NCBI GenBank assembly: GCA_965198225.1
Contig: CBDAOY010000006.1
Location: forward strand, 384,001-448,000
Source of the DNA: Terriglobia bacterium
GTDB lineage: Bacteria; Acidobacteriota; Terriglobia; 20CM-2-55-15
DNA: 64,000 nucleotides
Direction: 5' to 3'
Under the pieces are notes generated by a model. The model saw nothing but the letters and a program-made list of their open reading frames with translations, made no database searches and was not told where the DNA came from. Positions 41,547 to 49,878 of the stretch are shown in pieces (position 1 is the stretch's first letter; each line of letters opens with the position of its first letter). The position numbers and the translations under genes were made by a program.

Positions 41547-41576
41547 AAAAAGGGGCGGCCAGTGGCCGCCCCTTTT
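41547..41576 (-). terminator. Rho-independent terminator
   Basis: A5-GGGGCGGCCA-G-TGGCCGCCCC-TTTT. Confidence 0.8.
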
Positions 41577-41596
41577 GAGTGTCTTAGCCTCGGATC

Positions 41597-42772
41597 CTAT
41601 CCAACAACCCAGGGCTTGTATTTCGGTACGTCTCCGACGTGCGAGGCGAAGAGATGGTCCCTCATCTGGCCGATCGCATACGGCGCTTTCACGCCGAACA
41701 TCCCGGTCAGGGTCGGAACCATGTCCTTCCGGTCGACCAGCAGGTCCGTACTTCCCTTCTTGAAGTCCGGTCCCCAGAAGATAGATGCCGAGCGATGGCA
41801 CTGGTAGTACCCCGTGCTGTGGTTCACCGCACCGTACATGTTCACCTCATCGTCCCGTCCGAACTCCGGCCGTATCACGATCGCGGTGTTCTGGGAGAAG
41901 TACGGATCGTTCTCGACGAAGTCGATGAGCTTGCCTAACTGCTCGTCGGTCGTCTTGTGGACCTTCTCGTACTCGAAGTAGCCCGTCTGCTGACGCAGGT
42001 ATCCACCATTGCCGTGGCCCGTGTCATGCCCGACCTGCTGATACAGGATCATCTTCGGTTTGAATGTCTGCAGCACATCCGGTAGCACCGCCAACCCCAG
42101 CGCATCCCCGATGAACGGATCGCGCGGTATGGGCTGGAACTTCAGGTCGAACTCCCAGTACCGCTTCGCATAGGTCGCTTCGATGAACTCTTCAAGCTGT
42201 TTCTTCTCTGCCGCCGTCACGCCCATGTCCGGGAACTCATCCGCGACCACCTGGGCCGGCGTCCGTTTCATGTCCGGCCAATACACGTGTGTGGCCGTCA
42301 GCGATACCGGACGCGCATCTTCGCGAAAGTCCGGATGCGCCGTCCAGTACTTCTGGTTGTAACGCCACTGCCGGTAGTAGCTGACGCCGTTGACGTACCA
42401 GTAGTTGGTCGCCGCGTCGCCATGCGCTTTCCGGACGTAGTGCGGTGGTGTCGGATGCAACGGAATACCGTTCTGTATCCGGTTCCCCGTCAGCAGCTCC
42501 GTCCATGAATGCCCGTGGTCCGAGACCGTCTCGTTGTGGTCTTCCTCGTAGACGAACCCCGCGTTGACCAGCCGCTGGTAGTTCGGCGACAGGTCTTTCT
42601 TCTCATACCACTCCGACTTCCGGGATCCGTTCCCGTTGATGATCCAGATGATGTGCTTGGTCTTGAGGTTCAGACTCGATTCCTGGGCCAACGCCTCGGG
42701 CGTCATCCGGCCACCGACTGCCATCGCGCCGCCGGCCATTCCCAGGGACTTTGCAAAATCACGTCTATTCAT
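41597..42772 (-). CDS. Tat-exported alkaline-phosphatase-superfamily/DUF1501-like protein
   Basis: MNRRDFAK twin-arginine; KHIIWIINGNG first strand, SDHGHS, HDTGH, IVIRPEFGR, DMVPTL. Confidence 0.7.
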   Translation of the reverse strand: MNRRDFAKSLGMAGGAMAVGGRMTPEALAQESSLNLKTKHIIWIINGNGSRKSEWYEKKDLSPNYQRLVNAGFVYEEDHNETVSDHGHSWTELLTGNRIQNGIPLHPTPPHYVRKAHGDAATNYWYVNGVSYYRQWRYNQKYWTAHPDFREDARPVSLTATHVYWPDMKRTPAQVVADEFPDMGVTAAEKKQLEEFIEATYAKRYWEFDLKFQPIPRDPFIGDALGLAVLPDVLQTFKPKMILYQQVGHDTGHGNGGYLRQQTGYFEYEKVHKTTDEQLGKLIDFVENDPYFSQNTAIVIRPEFGRDDEVNMYGAVNHSTGYYQCHRSASIFWGPDFKKGSTDLLVDRKDMVPTLTGMFGVKAPYAIGQMRDHLFASHVGDVPKYKPWVVG

Positions 42773-42805
42773 GAATCTCTCCCTTTAAAAAGAATGTTTT
42801 ACTTC

Positions 42806-44512
42806 CTACGGTTCATGGCAATTCAGGCATGCGCCACGCGGGGGGTGCGGTGGAATCATATCCACTCTGCGGATCTTTCCCGCCCGGGCCGGCTGAGCGG
42901 TCGGAGCTGCCATTGCACCCGACCCGGCAGTCGCCTGCCCTTCACGGTTCTTTTTCATCGCGTCACGCAGCTGATGACCACCGGTGTAGGTGATGCGCAC
43001 CGTGTCGATCTCGGGGATGTACTCCGGCAACAGGTCCAGATAGTTGTCGGCGTTGTCCCGAGCCATGATGCGGTCGATCTTCCACTCACCGGGCTCCATC
43101 CATTCGTCGGTTTCAACCTGTCCCCTCCAGAGATTCTGGGAGACATCGAGACCCGCTTTCTGGATGACGTCCGGCCGTGCGACCGGTTTCAGGTGGACGC
43201 GCGAGCGGTTGATGTAGCTGGGCACCGGCGTGAAGTTCACCGCCAGCGTGCCCACACCCGACATGTCGTCGGTGATGATCGCGTTCACCGTGACCGGCTC
43301 TCCCAGCCGCGCTTCGGTTTGATCGACCCACACCGAAAACAGGGTCGGTGGCTGCGTGTCGTGGTTGGCATCATCCTGGGTCATGTTGATGACGGCGTCC
43401 TCGAGCAGCGGATGGGTCGTGCGGAACATGTGCACGGTCTTGCCCGCCTTGTCGGACGCCCACATCGACAGGAGTTCATACTCGCCGGCCCCCCACCATT
43501 CCGGAATCGACAGCATCGCGCCATAGACGTCCTGCTGGCCGACGACCTTGTTCAGCTTGGCTTCGATGAATTTGCCTTCCGGTGTGTTGAAGCGCACCGT
43601 TACCGTGTCCACACCCGACTTGTTGTCGGTCACCTTCGCAAACACCGGAAGCGGCTGACTCACGGCCTGGGTCCGAGTTTCGCCATCCTCGGCGTTCAGC
43701 GTATTCACCTTCACCCAGTGCACGGTCGGCGCAATCACGTCGGCGTTGGGATTAGGCAGAACCTCGATCTCCATACCGCGGAGTCCGGGATGGTGGTCCG
43801 AGTGGTAGATCTTCGAACTGCGGGACGAATTTCCCGGCGACGCATAAGTCAGGTAATAGACGCCCGGTTCCGTCCACTCGTTGGTCTTGAGCGCGCCGCG
43901 CATGATCGGCGAACCCGGCGAAACCGGCGTCAGGCTGGCGCCCATCACGGTCCGGCGACCATGGGGACCGAAATATCGCATGCTCAGGCGGCCCTGGGTA
44001 CCTGTCAAATCCTCGACGACCGCTTCGAAAGCGACCGACTCTCCAGCCTGGATTCGGCGTTTGCCCAGGATCTTGGCGCTCTTGACGACCGGCACGTAGT
44101 GCCAGCTTTTCAAGTCGCGCCAGTCGAACTCGCGGTCCGGGTTCGAGATGAACTCGTCGACCGGCCAATCCATCGGATCCATGATCGGATCGACAGCGTC
44201 AGTCGAATAATACGTGTCCGTACCTGGCGCCATCGGGAAGCCGGGGCCACGCACGTCACGCACTTCGTCGGTCGGCCCCATGATCATACCAAGCGGGCCG
44301 GCCACCTTGGGCAGTCCCGCTGTATTGACCCCGGACGGGTTGTTGCCAGACGCATAACGATTCGCGATCCGCTGCGGCGTGTTCTGCTGCTGAGCGGCCG
44401 CTTGCTGTTGTTGTCCGCCTCGACGCTGTTGCGCGCTGATATCCGACGTGGTGGATACCACAAGTAGAGCGATCACAAAGACGGCGAGGAAGACTAAGGA
44501 AAGTCTCTTCAT
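42806..44512 (-). CDS. Secreted protein with three Ig-like repeats and a C-terminal magnetochrome-like heme c motif
   Basis: Signal peptide; repeats D..(A/P)PT(V/L)...(V/I)TD..SGV...W..G.(Y/W); C-terminus IPPHPPRGACLNCHEP. Confidence 0.75.
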   Translation of the reverse strand: MKRLSLVFLAVFVIALLVVSTTSDISAQQRRGGQQQQAAAQQQNTPQRIANRYASGNNPSGVNTAGLPKVAGPLGMIMGPTDEVRDVRGPGFPMAPGTDTYYSTDAVDPIMDPMDWPVDEFISNPDREFDWRDLKSWHYVPVVKSAKILGKRRIQAGESVAFEAVVEDLTGTQGRLSMRYFGPHGRRTVMGASLTPVSPGSPIMRGALKTNEWTEPGVYYLTYASPGNSSRSSKIYHSDHHPGLRGMEIEVLPNPNADVIAPTVHWVKVNTLNAEDGETRTQAVSQPLPVFAKVTDNKSGVDTVTVRFNTPEGKFIEAKLNKVVGQQDVYGAMLSIPEWWGAGEYELLSMWASDKAGKTVHMFRTTHPLLEDAVINMTQDDANHDTQPPTLFSVWVDQTEARLGEPVTVNAIITDDMSGVGTLAVNFTPVPSYINRSRVHLKPVARPDVIQKAGLDVSQNLWRGQVETDEWMEPGEWKIDRIMARDNADNYLDLLPEYIPEIDTVRITYTGGHQLRDAMKKNREGQATAGSGAMAAPTAQPARAGKIRRVDMIPPHPPRGACLNCHEP

Positions 44513-44693
44513 AGCACTTGGTTTCCTCCGTCGCTGATCTATGTATACAGATGCAGGAAAATGTTGGCTTGACTCAAGAGCAATATACTCCCATAGTCCT
44601 GCAACCTCAATGTTTTAATAACAGCTTATCGACGGGACGAGGTGGGGGAAATCGTTCCGGAAAGCGTCCCTGAAATTACATTGGAACGAGGCC

Positions 44694-45791
44694 CTAGCGG
44701 AGCGATTCCATGACGAACAGGCCGACCGGCCCGGGGCGAGCCGTCGTGACGATCAGGAAGTAAGAACCAGCGTCCTCGAAGGTGTGGTTTATCTCCGAAA
44801 AGTACGAGCTGCGGATGTCGGGCACATTCACCAATTCACCGGCGGACGAGACCAGGAAGGCGAGGGGCGTAAACTCGGATGAATCGATCCGGACATGCAG
44901 CCTCTCGCCGCTCTCGCCAGACAGTTCATAGGCCCTGAAGCGGGTCCCCCCGACGAGTAAGCCATCGGTGATCCGGAGCGACGACTCACCCGGAGCAAAC
45001 GGGACGCTGCCCGACATGCGCAGGCCCTGTTCCGCGATGGCAACATTCCTGCGGATCGGGCCGTAGGACGGCTCGAGGGCCAGCGCTTCCCGCCATGTCT
45101 CCATCGCCGCATCCCTCCTACCCTGCTGGAAAAGGAAAAGGCCGAGATAGTCGTAGAGCATCAGATCGGCATGCGTAGCACTGACCCCGAGCCTGAGCGA
45201 CTCCTCCACCCCCTCTTGCTTATTCTGCGATTTCAGAATCTGGGCCAGGAGAAGGTATTGCCGCCCCTTGGCAGTTTCAGCAGCGGTTCGTTCCAGGCTC
45301 TGGCGGACAGCGGTTTCCGCTTCCGTCAGGCGCTCCGCGTCCAGGTAGAGGGCCCCCAGCGCGGCATAAGGCCGAGCCCAGTGCGGCCACAATTCCAACG
45401 CCTCGAGAAATTCGTCTTCGGCCTTGTCGAGCTCGCGGTTGAACGAGTGCGCCAGCGCTATTCCGTATCGCGCCAGGGCCGCTTCGTTCGGGTCGATTTG
45501 GGCGGAGCGAGTGAAGTCCGATATCGCCGTTTCGAGGTCACCTTCATGGAGCAGATTCATGCCCGAGAAGAACAGGTATCGGCCTTCGATAAGGCGGGAG
45601 GGCTCGAAATCCAGAACCATGTCGCCGGCCAGCATGGCAGCCTCCCAGTGAGACTTCGGTGGCATGGCGATGGAGGAATCCGGGTCCACAAATGCCCGGA
45701 CGGCGAGCTCGACCTCTTCCTTGGCGATCTCATAAGCTCGTTCGTCGTCCTGGAAGAAGAAAAATGCGAAGAAGAGGAGCAGGTACGTCAT
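44694..45791 (-). CDS. Tetratricopeptide-repeat protein with C-terminal PPC-like beta domain
   Basis: TPR helices (AQIDPNE, ALELWPHW, ALALEPSY) followed by a beta-sandwich-like tail. Confidence 0.75.
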   Translation of the reverse strand: MTYLLLFFAFFFFQDDERAYEIAKEEVELAVRAFVDPDSSIAMPPKSHWEAAMLAGDMVLDFEPSRLIEGRYLFFSGMNLLHEGDLETAISDFTRSAQIDPNEAALARYGIALAHSFNRELDKAEDEFLEALELWPHWARPYAALGALYLDAERLTEAETAVRQSLERTAAETAKGRQYLLLAQILKSQNKQEGVEESLRLGVSATHADLMLYDYLGLFLFQQGRRDAAMETWREALALEPSYGPIRRNVAIAEQGLRMSGSVPFAPGESSLRITDGLLVGGTRFRAYELSGESGERLHVRIDSSEFTPLAFLVSSAGELVNVPDIRSSYFSEINHTFEDAGSYFLIVTTARPGPVGLFVMESLR

Positions 45792-45884
45792 CTGTGTTCA
45801 GGCCCCGTGGAAGCTCAGTTTACGGGCTGGCTCACACCCAACGCTTCTTGTTCTCAATATACCAGAGGGGGACGAGCGCGAGGG

Positions 45885-46053
45885 AGTTCGGGGACGGAGA
45901 CCGAATTGGACGTCGACGGCAGTTCGGGGACGGAGACCGAATTCCACTGGACGCTAAGTCCAAGATTCCTGGTCCTCAGAAATCGGTCTCCGTCCCCGAA
46001 CTGACACATTTCCGGAATTCGGTCTCCGTCCCCGAATTAACAGTCCCCGAATT
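45885..46053. repeat. Cluster of 23-bp repeats, two direct and two-plus inverted
   Basis: AGTTCGGGGACGGAGACCGAATT at 45885 and 45921; reverse copies at ~45981 and 46016; partial at 46043. Confidence 0.85.
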
Positions 46054-47167
46054 AACATGCGTCGGAGCCGCACGCCTGGAATCGCTCTCGGATATCTGCG
46101 GGAAGGCCGACGAACGCCGGTTCTGCACGTAAACGGACGCCGAAAGCCTCCTCGACCCCTTCCTGTATTTCGCCTGCAAAAGCCAAAACCTCGTCGGCGG
46201 TGGCGCCGCCGAGGTTTACGAGGGCGAGGGTGTGTTTCGTCGACAGCCCGACTCGCCCTCGGTCGCAGCCCTTCGTGAAGCCCGCGCGTTCGATCAACCA
46301 GGCTGCGGGCACCTTGACCCCCTGTCCCGGAGCCGGAAAACGAGGAAGCGATTCCCCGGCCCCGAGCACGTCGCGGCGTCTGGCGGCATTGTCGATTTCG
46401 ATGTACTGCTCTTCGGAGACGATCGGGTTCTTGAAGAACGATCCGGCGCTGCGACAGTCCGGATCGCCTTCGACGAGGAGCATGGCCTTGCTCGCCCGAA
46501 TTTCGCGGACGGCCTCCCGAACCTCTCGCAGGCTCGGTCTGTCCCTCGTGCTCGCGAAGAACCGGTCCAGATCGGGGTAATCCACCGTCGGAGCGCCGCC
46601 ACGCTCGAGTTCGTACTCGACCCCCAGCACGATGTAGCGGTCACGCGCGATGGTGTTGAAAACACTGGTACGGTACGTGAAACCACACTCCGGACGCGAA
46701 AGTTCAACGACCGAAGCGCTGTGACGGTCGTAGGCTCGAACGCTGGAAATCACCCGGCCCACTTCCTGACCGTACGCACCGACGTTCTGGATTGGCGTGC
46801 CTCCGACCCAGCCCGGAATTCCGCTCAAGCATTCGATACCGGCCAGGTTCTTCTCCACGCATGCTGCGACGAGTGGATCCCAATCCACACCGGCGCCCGC
46901 ACGAACGGACACACTACCGCCGGATTCCGTGAAGGACGAGTGCCGGATCGCGATCTGAAGGACCAATCCGGGGAAACCGGCATCGGATACCAGGAGGTTA
47001 CTGCCACCTCCAAGGATGAAGAGAGGCAACTCTTTCCGCCGCGCAAAATCGATAGCATCGAAAACTGTATTTTCCGAGAGAGCCTGAGTAAAATAACGTG
47101 CCGGCCCGCCTATTGCCAGGGTCGTAAACGAAGAGAGATCTACGTTTTCCTGAAGGGAAGGTATCAC
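46052..47167 (-). CDS. murB: UDP-N-acetylmuramate dehydrogenase
   Basis: LGGGSNLL, LSGIPGWVGGTPIQNVGAYGQE, SAGSFFKNP, KHTLALVN. Confidence 0.96.
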   Translation of the reverse strand: MIPSLQENVDLSSFTTLAIGGPARYFTQALSENTVFDAIDFARRKELPLFILGGGSNLLVSDAGFPGLVLQIAIRHSSFTESGGSVSVRAGAGVDWDPLVAACVEKNLAGIECLSGIPGWVGGTPIQNVGAYGQEVGRVISSVRAYDRHSASVVELSRPECGFTYRTSVFNTIARDRYIVLGVEYELERGGAPTVDYPDLDRFFASTRDRPSLREVREAVREIRASKAMLLVEGDPDCRSAGSFFKNPIVSEEQYIEIDNAARRRDVLGAGESLPRFPAPGQGVKVPAAWLIERAGFTKGCDRGRVGLSTKHTLALVNLGGATADEVLAFAGEIQEGVEEAFGVRLRAEPAFVGLPADIRERFQACGSDAC

Positions 47168-47226
47168 TGCGGGTTCAGTCTAACATTCAAGCTCATAAGC
47201 TGATTCAGCGGTCAAGGAGTTCTAAT

Positions 47227-47619
47227 ATGAAACGGACAATGCTGGTACTGATCGCCATGATTCTGGCGGTGGGTATCGTTTACGCGCAAAAAGAGCCACA
47301 GGGTGACGACTACAAGCAATGGATGCAGGATGTCCGCCAGAGCATCCGTGGCTTCACCAACGCTTACAACGACATGAACATGGCCAACGCGACCGAAGCC
47401 GTGGACGTCCTGGTCGACAGGTTCGGCAAGATGGAGACGCACTGGGAAGCCAAAGGTATCGAGGATGCGGCGGCAATGTCTAAAGAGTCCAAAGAATTCA
47501 TGGTCGATGCGCAGGGCAAGATGAAACTCAACGATGTCGCCTACGCGCTGAACCTGCTGGAACTGGCACGTAAGAATTGCAGCAGCTGCCACCAGAAGTA
47601 TCGTCCGCCGTCACCTTAG
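47227..47619 (+). CDS. Small secreted helical c-type cytochrome (cytochrome c'-like)
   Basis: Signal peptide, helical body, C-terminal NCSSCHQKYR; AAGGAG RBS. Confidence 0.8.
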   Translation: MKRTMLVLIAMILAVGIVYAQKEPQGDDYKQWMQDVRQSIRGFTNAYNDMNMANATEAVDVLVDRFGKMETHWEAKGIEDAAAMSKESKEFMVDAQGKMKLNDVAYALNLLELARKNCSSCHQKYRPPSP

Positions 47620-47643
47620 GTCTGACGTCGAGGCAAGCACATT

Positions 47644-47669
47644 GGGGCGGCGCTTCGCCGCCCCATTTT
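47644..47669 (+). terminator. Rho-independent terminator
   Basis: TGGGGCGGCG-CTT-CGCCGCCCCA-TTTT. Confidence 0.8.
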
Positions 47670-47707
47670 CATTACGGGGGGAAATTTGAAAAACACGAGG
47701 ACCGGGT

Positions 47708-47774
47708 GTAGGTGCGCTCTATGAGCGCACGTTGTCGTGGGACCGAGGGATGTGCGGTCATAGACCGCACCTAC
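47708..47774. repeat. REPIN
   Basis: Inverted GTAG REP pair. Confidence 0.9.
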
Positions 47775-48458
47775 AATTGGTTTCGACGATTTCGCATCAC
47801 ACTGATACTGCTCGCCTGCCTCGCGACGCTGGCCTGCGCGGCCGCGCCCCAGGCTTCATCCGAAAACCAGGAACGGACGCCAGCCGGGGTGATGAGCGTC
47901 CGGGGTGCCGACTGGCTGGTGCGCCCGGAACGAATCGTCGAAGAACGGCCCGACGAAATGTTGGCCGCGCTGGAGATCGAGCCCGGTTCCGTCGTAGCCG
48001 ATGTCGGAGCCGGTGTGGGCTATCACACGTGGCGCCTGTCAGAAATCGTCGGTCCGGGCGGACGGGTCATCGCTGAAGACATCCAGCCGGGAATGCTGGA
48101 GCTCCTGCGCGGAAACATCGAGGACCGCAATCTCTCCAACGTCGACATCGTTCTGGGGACACCGACCGATCCACGCTTGCCGGAAGGCTCGATCGACCTG
48201 GTCCTCATGGTCGACGTCTACCATGAGTTCTCCGACTACCGGGCGGTGATGGGCGCTGTCCGGACGGCGCTCAAACCGGAAGGCCGCATAGTTCTTGTGG
48301 AGTTCCGCAAAGAGGATCCGGAGGTGCCGATCCTGCCACTCCACAAGATGAGCGAAGCGGAGGTCCGGGCGGAACTGGAGCCGCTGGGGTTCCGTTTCGT
48401 TGAAAACATTGATTTCCTGCCGTGGCAGCACATCCTGGTCTTCGGTCTCGATAACTGA
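47721..48458 (+). CDS. Class I SAM-dependent methyltransferase with signal-like N-terminus; start uncertain
   Basis: GADWLVRPER, VADVGAGVG, EDIQPGM, MVDVYHEF, LKPEGR, LPWQH. Confidence 0.85.
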   Translation: MSARCRGTEGCAVIDRTYNWFRRFRITLILLACLATLACAAAPQASSENQERTPAGVMSVRGADWLVRPERIVEERPDEMLAALEIEPGSVVADVGAGVGYHTWRLSEIVGPGGRVIAEDIQPGMLELLRGNIEDRNLSNVDIVLGTPTDPRLPEGSIDLVLMVDVYHEFSDYRAVMGAVRTALKPEGRIVLVEFRKEDPEVPILPLHKMSEAEVRAELEPLGFRFVENIDFLPWQHILVFGLDN

Positions 48459-48470
48459 GACCTTCCTTCG

Positions 48471-49871
48471 ATGAACCTTCAGCTGTGGCTTCTCGCCCTC
48501 TATTCCGTCGGGATCATTGCGCTTGGATTGTTCGTCTCACGGAGGGTCCGGAGCGCTTCCGACTTCCTGGTTGCGGGACGCAACCTGGGGCCCGGCTTGA
48601 TGTTCACGACGTTTCTGGCCGCAAACCTCGGGGCCGGCACGACGGTCGGGGCTGCCAGCATCGGGTTCGAACTGGGTCTGTCAGCCTGGTGGTGGGTGGG
48701 CTCGGCGGGCCTCGGATCTTTGATCCTGGCGAACCTGGTAGGGCCCAGGATATGGAGGCTGGCGAAACTGCACGACCTCCAGACGATGGGCGACTATCTC
48801 GACCTCCGCTACAGTCGTGCGGTCCGGGGTACCGTCGCGGCGCTGTTGTGGGTGGGCACCCTGGCGATTCTGGCCGGGCAGTTGATTGCCATCGCAACCA
48901 TCCTGGAGATCGTCGCAGGGCTTCCGCGCTGGCAGAGCTGCTTCGCCGGAGGCGCGGTCGTGATGGCGTACTTCTCCGCGGGCGGTCTCCTGGGCGCAGC
49001 CCGCGTAAACGCGGTTCAACTCGTCATAATGCTGGCCGGTTTCCTGCTGGCGATACCGTTCGCTCTCGGTGCAAGCGGGGGATGGGGAGCGGTTCAGGAT
49101 GCGGTCGTAACATCGCGCGAACCGGGCTATGGGAGCATCACGGGTGTGGGAGTTTCAGGCATACTCCGGTACCTGGTGATTCTCGTGCCGTCGTTCATCG
49201 TCTCGCCCGGCTTGATACAAAAGCTCTACGGCGGGCGGGACGAACGTGCCGTCCGTCTGGGGATCAATCTGAACGCGGTATGCCTGCTGGGGTTCGCGTT
49301 CGTCCCGGCCGTGTTCGGGATGATTGCCGCGGCCAACTTCCCCGACCTCGCCAACCCGGACCACGCGATGGGCACCGTCCTGGTCGAACTCCTGCCCACG
49401 GGGGTCGGGCTGCTCGCGCTGGCGGCGATTCTTTCGGCGGAGATCAGTACCTGCGACGCGATTCTGCTGATGCTCTCCAGCTCCCTGAGCATCGATCTCT
49501 ACAAGAGCTTCCTGCGCCCGGAAGCGAGTCCGAAACGCCTGCTGAGGGTGAGCCGCCTCGCGGCAATTGCGGGCGCGGCGTTCGCAATCCTGCTCGCGAT
49601 CGTGCTGCCTTCGATCATTTCGGCCCTGGAGATTTTCTACGGCCTCATGGCGGTCGCCCTGTTCGTCCCCACGATCGCGGGCCTCTACTCGACCAGGCCC
49701 GGCGCCAGGACGGCGATGTGGAGTGTCGTCGGTTCGGTCCTAGCGACCGTCGCGGTCTACGCCGGCACAGGCGGTGCGGGAATCGGCATCCTGACTCCTT
49801 ATGCGATCGGGATCATTTGTGCGTTAGCATTGACGTTGGGCATGATGTGGATCGCCGACACCGGGTCGTGA
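48471..49871 (+). CDS. Sodium:solute symporter family protein
   Basis: DFLVAGRNLG, TMGDYLDLRY, AILSAEIST; many TM segments. Confidence 0.92.
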   Translation: MNLQLWLLALYSVGIIALGLFVSRRVRSASDFLVAGRNLGPGLMFTTFLAANLGAGTTVGAASIGFELGLSAWWWVGSAGLGSLILANLVGPRIWRLAKLHDLQTMGDYLDLRYSRAVRGTVAALLWVGTLAILAGQLIAIATILEIVAGLPRWQSCFAGGAVVMAYFSAGGLLGAARVNAVQLVIMLAGFLLAIPFALGASGGWGAVQDAVVTSREPGYGSITGVGVSGILRYLVILVPSFIVSPGLIQKLYGGRDERAVRLGINLNAVCLLGFAFVPAVFGMIAAANFPDLANPDHAMGTVLVELLPTGVGLLALAAILSAEISTCDAILLMLSSSLSIDLYKSFLRPEASPKRLLRVSRLAAIAGAAFAILLAIVLPSIISALEIFYGLMAVALFVPTIAGLYSTRPGARTAMWSVVGSVLATVAVYAGTGGAGIGILTPYAIGIICALALTLGMMWIADTGS

Positions 49872-49878
49872 ACATCGC

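Noticed and set aside
1187-44467. Long antisense ORFs (e.g. 1187-2134, 3906-5225, 6268-7788, 31429-33396, 42509-44467)
   Set aside because: Shadow frames opposite well-supported genes in GC-rich DNA, with no recognisable motifs.
41597-47619. Magnetosome gene island
   Set aside because: Only one magnetochrome-like motif; no MamK actin, CDF transporter or HtrA/PDZ protein. The nearby TPR gene has an extra domain and gives no specific evidence of being MamA.
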